Shown here: positions 26,045 through 32,000 of the stretch, piece after piece
How positions within the stretch are numbered: position 1 is the stretch's first letter
Layout: every line of letters begins with the position of its first letter
Source of the DNA: an uncultured Erysipelotrichaceae bacterium
Lineage (GTDB): Bacteria > Bacillota_I > Bacilli_A > Erysipelotrichales > Erysipelotrichaceae
Assembly: GCA_942493105.1 (NCBI GenBank)
Contig: OW818668.1
Span: forward strand, 1,590,001 to 1,622,000
Direction: 5' to 3'
Length of the DNA stretch: 32,000 bases
The notes under the pieces: model-generated
Databases searched by the model: none
Told to the model about the DNA's origin: nothing
What the model saw: only the letters and a program-made list of their open reading frames with translations
Made by a program: the position numbers and the translations under genes

Positions 26045-27751
26045 ATGCTAAAACTACTGACAGCTACGCCAGTGATGACATGGGGAGATATCGAATATCT
26101 TGTTATATTGGGTGGTTTAGGCTTATTTCTTTATGGAATCAAGTTGTTGGGTGATGGATTAAAATCGTTAGCTGGGGAGAAGCTAAGAGATTTGATTGAT
26201 AAATATACTTCAAAAGCCTGGATGGGTATCATTATAGGGGCAATGGTTACTGTAATTATTCAATCTAGTTCTGCTACGACTGCAATAACCATTGGATTTG
26301 TTAGAGCAGGATTGATGAGACTTGAACAAACTGTCGGCATTATATTTGGAGCCAATATCGGTACAACAATCACATCCTTTTTAATTGGGATCAAAGTTGA
26401 ACGATACGCTTTGCTTTTTGTTTTCATTGGCGCATTGCTTGTGTTATTTGCAAAGCGCAGAAAATATACTTATTGGGGTGAAATTGCGTTAGGTTTTGGA
26501 GTTTTGTTTTATGGGTTGATGCTTATGGGAGATGCATTAAAAGATCTAAAATATATTGATGATTTTCACAATTTGGCAATAGCATTATCTAAGAATCCTC
26601 TTCTATCCACTTTTGGAGGGATCCTGATGACTGGAATCATTCAATCATCGAGTGCATCCATTGGGATCATCCAGAAACTATATGACGCACAAGCAATTGC
26701 ATTCACAGCTGTTTTACCCTTTGTATTTGGAGCTAATATAGGAACAACCGTGACAGCTGCTTTAGCGGCCATGGGTGGTTCATTAGCTTCTAGACGTGCT
26801 GCTGGGATACATACTTTATTTAATGTTATGATGACCACAATTGCATTATTGTTATTGAATCCCTACATTCATTTGATAGATTTTATTACCAATGCATGGC
26901 ATCTTGAACCTATGATGCAAGTCTCAGTAGCTCATATTATATTTAACGTGACAGGAACCTTATTATTCTATCCATTTATTAAATATATGGTCATTTTCAT
27001 AAAAATAGTCATTCGTGGAGATGAAAAAGAACGAATTGAAGTCAACACAAGTGAGTTTGATTCAAAATTAGCACACTCTTTCCCAACTGGAGCGCTTGAG
27101 ATTACGAAACGCGCTACGCTAAAGATGGGTGAATTGGCCTCTGAGATTCTAACAACGACGCGTCACTACTTTAATAAAGAACAAAAAGTTAATCTTGATT
27201 CCATCAAACAACTTGAAGAAGTCATCAACAATATCGATACAAAGATCACTGATTATTTATTGGTCATCTCTAAAGAAACTTTAGGTGAAAAAGACATTGA
27301 TGCCAGTTCAGCTAATTTAGCCATTGTTAAAAACTTGGAACGAGTCGGTGATTTGGCTATGAATCTTGGAGAATTCTTTGATTTGGTATTTGATGCGAAA
27401 GAAAATTTTTCAGATGAAGCCAAAATTGATATCAATAATATGTATGATACGATCGAGCATATGCTCAATCGTTCACTTCGAATCTATGCTGAAAGCGACT
27501 TTAGTTTAACAACTTCAATTGAAGAAGATGAAGCATATATCGATCTGCTTGAACTGAAAGCCCGGCAACGGCATTTTGATCGGATGCGCAATGAAACGTG
27601 CACAACGGCCGTTGGTAGTAGTGTTTTTGTTGATATTTTAGGAACACTTGAAAGAATTGCTGATCATGCTCAAAATATAGCTCGCACATCCGTTTCCATT
27701 CACACCTTACATGAACCTATGAAAATGGAAGAGATAGAAGCTGAAAACTAA
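26045..27751 (+). CDS. Na+/phosphate cotransporter family protein with C-terminal PhoU-like domain (NptA/YjbB type)
   Basis: The start is set to ATG 26045 (MLKLLTATPV..) with SD GGAGGG. Duplicated QSSSATTAI / QSSSASIGI transporter repeats, with a helical C-terminal domain. Confidence 0.9.
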   Translation: MLKLLTATPVMTWGDIEYLVILGGLGLFLYGIKLLGDGLKSLAGEKLRDLIDKYTSKAWMGIIIGAMVTVIIQSSSATTAITIGFVRAGLMRLEQTVGIIFGANIGTTITSFLIGIKVERYALLFVFIGALLVLFAKRRKYTYWGEIALGFGVLFYGLMLMGDALKDLKYIDDFHNLAIALSKNPLLSTFGGILMTGIIQSSSASIGIIQKLYDAQAIAFTAVLPFVFGANIGTTVTAALAAMGGSLASRRAAGIHTLFNVMMTTIALLLLNPYIHLIDFITNAWHLEPMMQVSVAHIIFNVTGTLLFYPFIKYMVIFIKIVIRGDEKERIEVNTSEFDSKLAHSFPTGALEITKRATLKMGELASEILTTTRHYFNKEQKVNLDSIKQLEEVINNIDTKITDYLLVISKETLGEKDIDASSANLAIVKNLERVGDLAMNLGEFFDLVFDAKENFSDEAKIDINNMYDTIEHMLNRSLRIYAESDFSLTTSIEEDEAYIDLLELKARQRHFDRMRNETCTTAVGSSVFVDILGTLERIADHAQNIARTSVSIHTLHEPMKMEEIEAEN

Positions 27752-27752
27752 A

Positions 27753-27776
27753 ATAACCCTTGCGGGTTATTTTTTT
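27753..27776. terminator. Bidirectional intrinsic terminator shared by the convergent Na/Pi transporter and phoH
   Basis: ATAACCC-ttgc-GGGTTAT plus TTTTTT. The phoH stop codon lies inside the stem. Confidence 0.85.
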
Positions 27777-28717
27777 GTATATGCTTCAATAACGATTTGT
27801 ACTAAAGGGTTTCTTACGATATCGATTGGCGTGAGTTCTACAAAGCCAATGTCTTTTTTACCTTTTAATAGTCTTAAAGCTTGGATGAATCCTGAATCTT
27901 GTTTAAGATCGATTTGAGTGGTATCCCCATTGATCACGATCTTCGTTCTAAATCCCATCCTAGTCAAAACCATCAGCATCTGACTTTTTGTAGTATTCTG
28001 TGCTTCATCCAAAATTACGAATGCATCTTCAAGCGTACGACCTCGCATATAAGCCATAGGCGCGATTTCAATCGTTCCCTTCTCAATGTACTTCTGGACT
28101 TGTTCGTTGCCTAAGAGGTCATTTAAACCGTCATAGAGAGGACGCAAATAAGGATCCACTTTTTCTTTGATTTCACCTGGAAGAAAACCCAAAGACTCCC
28201 CTGCTTCTACAATAGGTCTTGTTAAAACAATTCTTTTAATATCACCTTTCTTAAGCAGATCAACCGCATAAACAACTGACAAGTAAGTTTTTCCAGTGCC
28301 TGCAGGTCCAGAAACGAAGACCATATCATAATGAGCCATGGCTTCCATCATTTTCTGTTGACCCAAAGTTTTAATAGAAATGGGTTTATTGAGCGCAGTC
28401 CTACCGATGATACGGCTGTTGAGTTTAAAAAAAGATTCCTCAGTATTATTTATAACGCAATGAGAAAGATAAATAATGTCTCTCTCATCAGGTGTTCTTC
28501 CCATCTTGATCCATCGAATCAATCCGTTCAATGTGCGTTTAAGTTGATCTGATATGGTCTCATCAAGCGTATCTAAAATCAAAGCATTGTCTCTAATCAC
28601 AAATTCAACTGAATAAACTTGTTTCAGTAATTTTAGATTCTCATCTTGATGACCACATAAGGTCTGAAACTCTTCAAATGTACATTCTTCTAAAGCAAAA
28701 CTGTTTTTATGGATCAA
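27767..28717 (-). CDS. phoH: PhoH-like ATPase
   Basis: 316 aa. Walker A GPAGTGKTYL, Walker B ILDEAQN. TTG start with SD GAGGA. Confidence 0.93.
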   Translation of the reverse strand: MIHKNSFALEECTFEEFQTLCGHQDENLKLLKQVYSVEFVIRDNALILDTLDETISDQLKRTLNGLIRWIKMGRTPDERDIIYLSHCVINNTEESFFKLNSRIIGRTALNKPISIKTLGQQKMMEAMAHYDMVFVSGPAGTGKTYLSVVYAVDLLKKGDIKRIVLTRPIVEAGESLGFLPGEIKEKVDPYLRPLYDGLNDLLGNEQVQKYIEKGTIEIAPMAYMRGRTLEDAFVILDEAQNTTKSQMLMVLTRMGFRTKIVINGDTTQIDLKQDSGFIQALRLLKGKKDIGFVELTPIDIVRNPLVQIVIEAYTKK

Positions 28718-28745
28718 AGGGGTTCCTCATCATTCTTACATCTCT

Positions 28746-28774
28746 ATTATAAATAAAAAAGAAGCCAATGTGAA
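28746..28774 (-). promoter_or_regulatory. Hybrid promoter TTCACA-17-TATAAT in front of phoH; the -35 is formed by the IS terminus plus the target duplication
   Basis: The minus strand reads ..caacTTCA|CAttggcttcttttttattTATAATagagatg.. The TTCA comes from the IS end (28771..28774) and the CA from the flank. Confidence 0.5.
28766..28770. repeat. 5-bp target-site duplication CAATG (left copy)
   Basis: The identical pentamer directly flanks the other IS end at 30121..30125. Confidence 0.75.
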
Positions 28775-28795
28775 GTTGTAAAGCCAAAGTAGACA
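28771..28795. repeat. IS right inverted repeat (IRR)
   Basis: TGAAGTTGTAAAGCCAAAGTAGACA versus the reverse complement of 30096..30120, TGAAGTTGTACATTAAAAGTAGACA. Confidence 0.8.
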
Positions 28796-28811
28796 TATTA
28801 ATAGAAAATAT

Positions 28812-29647
28812 TCATTCAAACCCCAGATCTTGTTTAAATTGGACTGGGGTTTTGTAATTCAAGGCGTAGGCAGGTCGTTCGGTGTTGAAATAGATAATGT
28901 ACTCTGTAATAAGTTTAGGCAAATCATCCGCTTTATGATAATGATGATCGTAATAAAGTTCATCCTTGATCCACCCATTGATCGCCTCGATGATTGGATT
29001 ATCTGTCGGCGTACCGCTTCGGCTCATCGATTGGGTTATGTTATAATTCAAATGAGCTTGTTGATAAGCTCAGTTTGGAGTAGACAGTCCCTTGGTCTGT
29101 GTGAAGGATGACGGGATGTTCTGCTCCTTTTATTTTTGGTCTTGAGTTGCTCAAGTGTCTCGAAGTAAGGCTTTATATCGCCTCTTTTAGAAGATAAGGA
29201 GGAAGCGATGATCTCGTTATTGAAGGTATCCAGAATATAGGTCCACTCCCAATTGATACCTCTGTTTCTCAAAACAGTCATGTCGGAGACCACGATCTCT
29301 AGAGGTTTCCTGGCGTTCCAGAAACCTTGAACTTCATTCTTGAGTACTTTGTGCTCCGTTCCACTCTTGATACTACTTGATCTTCTTGCTTTAGACCGGA
29401 TTCCTGCTGCTTTCGCACACACATGTGCGAGATGATCTGAGAAGACCCACCCGGTTTGATTTCGGATCATTTTGGCTAAACTATGATATCCGTAGGTTTT
29501 ATGCTTATGGTGGGCTTGTTTGAGAAGTTTGGTCAGGTCAATTCGATCTAGTTCATACTGAGTTTTAATGTCCTTTCGTTTCACCCACTTATAATAACCG
29601 GATCGATTTAATCCGAGATACCTCAAAACGAACGTCGTCCCATACAC
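28812..29647 (-). pseudogene. IS3-family transposase orfB (DDE integrase domain) with two frameshifts
   Basis: Three frames are needed: ...EQLKTKNK(frame 1) / GAEHPVILHTDQGTVYSK (frame 0) / AYQQAHLNYNITQSMSRSGTPTDN... (frame 2). The lesions lie near 29127..29138 (A-run) and 29066..29080. Confidence 0.8.
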
Positions 29648-29652
29648 TTTCT

Positions 29653-30031
29653 TTAATTTATCGACGATTTGATAATCTTGCCGTCTAAAGTGACGTACAC
29701 CTTCCTTGAACCAACTCCTTTCACGGTGTAACCTTTTTTTAAGCGCTCAACCTCCACTTTAAGGGCTAGATTCTCTAACTTTACTTGCTCAAGTTCACTC
29801 ATCCCTTGTCTAGGTTTTACCGGCTTAGGTCTTCCTTTTTTCTTGGGTCTCAGCCCTTCTTCCCCTTGATCTCGGTATTCAATCACCCATCTACACACTG
29901 TTCCCCAAGGGACTTCTTCCAATTTTGATAAATCGTGGGTGGACCCAATGTTCTTCGTAATACCGTTTACACACTCTTAACTTCTCTTCAAAACTGTACC
30001 TTTTGTTTGTGCCGCCTTTGTTTCTTCCCAT
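29653..30031 (-). pseudogene. IS3-family transposase orfA with a frameshift near codon 29
   Basis: ATG 30031 (SD AAAGGAGA) gives MGRNKGGTNKRYSFEEKLRVCKRYYEEH, then runs to a stop at 29891. The expected continuation GSTHDLSKLEEVPWGTVCRWVIEYRDQGEEGL.. is in the adjacent frame (track ORF 29653..29922). The lesion is at about 29945..29950 (CATTGGGTCC). Confidence 0.8.
29734..29742 (-). promoter_or_regulatory. Programmed -1 ribosomal frameshift site A AAA AAA G joining orfA to orfB
   Basis: Minus strand CGC TTA AAA AAA GGT. The -1 frame reads through (..RLHRERSWFKEGVRHFRRQDYQIVDKLKKVYGTTFVLRYLG..) directly into orfB. Confidence 0.7.
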
Positions 30032-30095
30032 TCGTTTCTCCTTTCCTAAAGGATATGAAAAAAGTAGACAGTGTTCAAATGTTTTTTATTTGATC

Positions 30096-30120
30096 TGTCT
30101 ACTTTTAATGTACAACTTCA
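30096..30120. repeat. IS left inverted repeat (IRL)
   Basis: See IRR. The inner block AAAGTAGACA is repeated again at 30061..30070. Confidence 0.8.
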
Positions 30121-30125
30121 CAATG
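30121..30125. repeat. 5-bp target-site duplication CAATG (right copy)
   Basis: Identical to 28766..28770. Confidence 0.75.
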
Positions 30126-30130
30126 GCTTC

Positions 30131-30310
30131 TTATTTTTTGCGGCTTGCTTTGCGAGCTGCTAGAGATTTGAGTTTGCGTTTGACACCCGGTTTAACATAG
30201 TATTCTCTTTTGCGGGTTTCAGCTAAAGTACCGTTACGAGAGACACTTCGTTTAAAGCGGCGCAGAGCATCATCAAGATTCTCATTATCTTTTAAGACTA
30301 TACGTGGCAT
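30131..30310 (-). CDS. rpsU: 30S ribosomal protein S21
   Basis: Hand translation: [59 protein letters not shown] (59 aa). SD GGGAGGG. Not in the ORF track (<60 aa). Confidence 0.93.
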   Translation of the reverse strand: MPRIVLKDNENLDDALRRFKRSVSRNGTLAETRKREYYVKPGVKRKLKSLAARKASRKK

Positions 30311-30338
30311 TTACATCCCTCCCTTCGGCACGTTTACA

Positions 30339-30367
30339 ATTATAACCAACTAATTTGATTAAATCAA
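30339..30367 (-). promoter_or_regulatory. Sigma-A promoter for rpsU
   Basis: Minus strand: TTGATT - 17 nt - TATAAT, ~28 nt upstream of the ATG. Confidence 0.65.
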
Positions 30368-30369
30368 GT

Positions 30370-31029
30370 TTAATAGGATGTTTTCATCTCAGTTTGTGTC
30401 ATTAATGCGACACCGCCTGATGTTCCAATACGATCAGCACCTGCAGCAATCATCGCATTGACGTCTTCTAAGGTCCTGACACCGCCTGCAGCTTTGACTA
30501 AGGCTTTACCATTGACGGTTTCTTTCATCAGTTTAACATCAGCTACAGTCGCTCCTGCAGTAGAAAAACCTGTGGATGTTTTTACGAAATGTGCTTTGGC
30601 TTTAACAGCCAACAAACAAGCTCTGATTTTTTCTTCGTCACTCAATAAACAAGTTTCAATGATGACTTTAACTGTTAATCCACCCGTAGCATTAACAACT
30701 GCAGCAATATCTTCTTCGACAAGATCATCGTTTCCATCTTTAAGAGCACCGATATTGATGACCATATCAAACTCTTCGGCACCTTCAAATAATGCAAGGT
30801 GAGCTTCGAAAGCTTTTGTTTCTGTCGTGGTTGAGCCTAATGGAAAGCCTATGGCCACACACACTTTAACTTTGGAACCTTTAAGAGCTTCTTTACAGGT
30901 CTTGACCCATGTCGGCATAACACAGACAGAGGCAAATTCATACTGCTTGGCTTCTTCACACAACTTTAATATCTGGTCTTTCGTAGCGTTTTGTTTCAAT
31001 AAGGTATGATCGATATACGTGTTAATCAT
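30370..31029 (-). CDS. deoC: Deoxyribose-phosphate aldolase
   Basis: The start is set to ATG 31029 ([12 protein letters not shown]..) with SD AGGAGA; it overlaps the murE stop (ATGATTAA). Class I aldolase motifs ..VCVMP.., [14 protein letters not shown]. Confidence 0.93.
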   Translation of the reverse strand: MINTYIDHTLLKQNATKDQILKLCEEAKQYEFASVCVMPTWVKTCKEALKGSKVKVCVAIGFPLGSTTTETKAFEAHLALFEGAEEFDMVINIGALKDGNDDLVEEDIAAVVNATGGLTVKVIIETCLLSDEEKIRACLLAVKAKAHFVKTSTGFSTAGATVADVKLMKETVNGKALVKAAGGVRTLEDVNAMIAAGADRIGTSGGVALMTQTEMKTSY

Positions 31030-32000
31030 GATGTTTCTCCTTTTCATCGTTCATTTTGTCTAAAATCTCTTCACACACATTAATATCTCCTGTCCATGGT
31101 TCTTTTCCATTGGCACGTTGGATGAAATCTTCATGGCCTTTGCCTAAAATCAAGACGGTATCATTATTATTGGCTAATTCTAGTGCTTGTCTGATGGCAT
31201 CATATCGATCCAGAATGATCAGATATCTTGAATTCTTTATCCCAGCAGCAATTTGTTCAACGACATTTTGTACATTTTCAGTTCTAGGATCATCTTCAGT
31301 CAAAATGATATTTGTACAGTATTTTTCTGCCACAGCTCCCAATATAGGTCGTTTTTTTGTATCACGTAGACCTGTAGCACCAAATACGACAATGATTTTA
31401 TTCTCTTTATTGGTTACGATCTTCGCATAATCAAAGACTTTTTCAAAACCGTCTGGGGTATGCGCATAATCAACAATGACTCTAAATGGTTGACCTCGTT
31501 TGATCTGTTCCAAACGTCCTTTAACTTGCGGAAGATGTTTTACACATTCAATGATGATGGGTATTCTCATCCCATTAAGATGACACGTTGCGATCACTGC
31601 CAATAAATTGTGAACATTGAACATCCCTAATAAACTCGTATTGACTGGATATGTTTTATCTTGTACAACCAAATCAAATAAGGTACATTCATCTTTAAAC
31701 TGGACATTATTGGCTTTATAATCAGCTTCGTTGAAGATGGCATATGTTTTCTTCTTACATGTTAGTTCATCCTTTAATCTTAATCCATAAGGATCATCAA
31801 CGTTTAAAACTGCATAACCATCATTATTTAATAATCCAAAGATCTTTTTCTTTGATTGATAATAATTCTCCATGGTCCCATGATAATCAAGATGATCATG
31901 AGTCAAATTGGTAAAGATCGCTGTTTTTAATCGCAATGCATCGACTCGGTGTTGCTCTAATCCTTGACTAGAAATTTCAATTGCGACAGCTTTCATTTTA
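31022..32000 (-). CDS. murE: UDP-N-acetylmuramoyl-L-alanyl-D-glutamate--diamino-acid ligase MurE, partial (5' end beyond the window)
   Basis: The frame is open to base 32000. Mur ligase central and C-terminal domains are present: ..[42 protein letters not shown].. Confidence 0.9.
   Translation of the reverse strand, partial: KMKAVAIEISSQGLEQHRVDALRLKTAIFTNLTHDHLDYHGTMENYYQSKKKIFGLLNNDGYAVLNVDDPYGLRLKDELTCKKKTYAIFNEADYKANNVQFKDECTLFDLVVQDKTYPVNTSLLGMFNVHNLLAVIATCHLNGMRIPIIIECVKHLPQVKGRLEQIKRGQPFRVIVDYAHTPDGFEKVFDYAKIVTNKENKIIVVFGATGLRDTKKRPILGAVAEKYCTNIILTEDDPRTENVQNVVEQIAAGIKNSRYLIILDRYDAIRQALELANNNDTVLILGKGHEDFIQRANGKEPWTGDINVCEEILDKMNDEKEKHHD

Larger units (their letters stand above)
28771..30120 (-). 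mobile_element. IS3-family insertion sequence (1350 bp; IS150-like orfA/orfB organisation), transposase inactivated
   Basis: TG...CA termini, 25-bp imperfect terminal IRs (21/25), a 5-bp direct repeat, orfA (HTH + leucine zipper) and orfB (DDE: ..VSDMT.., HTDQG, ..DNPIIEAINGWIKDE) joined by an A7G slippery site. Visibly higher GC than the flanks. Confidence 0.88.

Noticed and set aside
30003-30200. 65-aa plus-strand ORF
   Set aside because: It spans the IS left end, the target duplication and the antisense of rpsU. It crosses an insertion junction and cannot be an ancestral gene.
30370-31029. Locally higher GC of deoC as a sign of horizontal transfer
   Set aside because: The gene is translationally coupled to murE and encodes an Ala/Gly/Val-rich TIM barrel. 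Amino-acid content explains the composition, and no mobility signatures flank it.
30458-31430. Plus-strand ORFs 30458..30802, 30827..31009, 31056..31430
   Set aside because: They are antisense to deoC and murE. Long shadow frames are expected in these relatively GC-rich, Ala/Gly-rich genes.
1-32000. Mollicutes-type genetic code (UGA = Trp), given the AT richness and the compact MMS-type operon
   Set aside because: Conserved Trp residues use TGG (for example sigA ATWWIRQ = ACT TGG TGG). Several genes end at TGA at the expected lengths (era, comGB, the 132-aa ORF). Cell-wall genes (PBP, MurE) are present.
1-32000. CRISPR arrays, tRNA/rRNA genes, toxin-antitoxin or defence islands
   Set aside because: There are no direct-repeat/spacer patterns. 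All intergenic gaps longer than 60 nt are accounted for by promoters, terminators, the riboswitch, rpmG, rpsU or the IS ends.

Overview
AT-rich, gene-dense chromosomal core region of a walled low-GC Bacillota (Firmicutes) genome. The standard genetic code applies: conserved Trp residues use TGG, TGA acts as a stop, and a class B PBP and MurE are present. About 40 genes, nearly all on the minus strand, show strong Bacillus-like synteny: (hypothetical)-cmk-der-gpsA | hup-yugP; FMN riboswitch-ribU; efp; a complete comGA-GG operon; rpmG; a class B PBP; ispG / DEAD-box helicase / ispH; a very tightly packed ybeY-dgkA-cdd-era-recO-glyQS-dnaG-sigA-trmK string; a Na/Pi cotransporter; phoH; rpsU; and deoC-murE. 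I hand-translated four features that the 60-aa or edge-limited ORF track misses: rpmG (49 aa), rpsU (59 aa), comGE (58 aa), and a 437-codon secreted protein that runs off the left edge. I found no rRNA, tRNA or CRISPR, and no convincing novel multi-gene defence or mobile system. The most unusual items are: (1) a decayed IS3-family element inserted at the apex of the rpsU terminator hairpin, with a 5-bp target duplication, that creates a TTCACA-17-TATAAT hybrid promoter in front of phoH; (2) three SD-less operon-leading genes (ybeY, PBP, ispH), each with a strong -10 box exactly 6 nt upstream of the start codon, which is leaderless-mRNA geometry; (3) an EF-P whose canonical KPGKG modification loop is replaced by KTAMRG; (4) a 571-aa SigA with two lineage-specific insertions; (5) a yugP-type metallopeptidase split by one in-frame TAA; and (6) a translationally coupled pair of uncharacterised envelope proteins at the left edge. 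All functional calls rest on motif and family recognition by eye. No database search was run.
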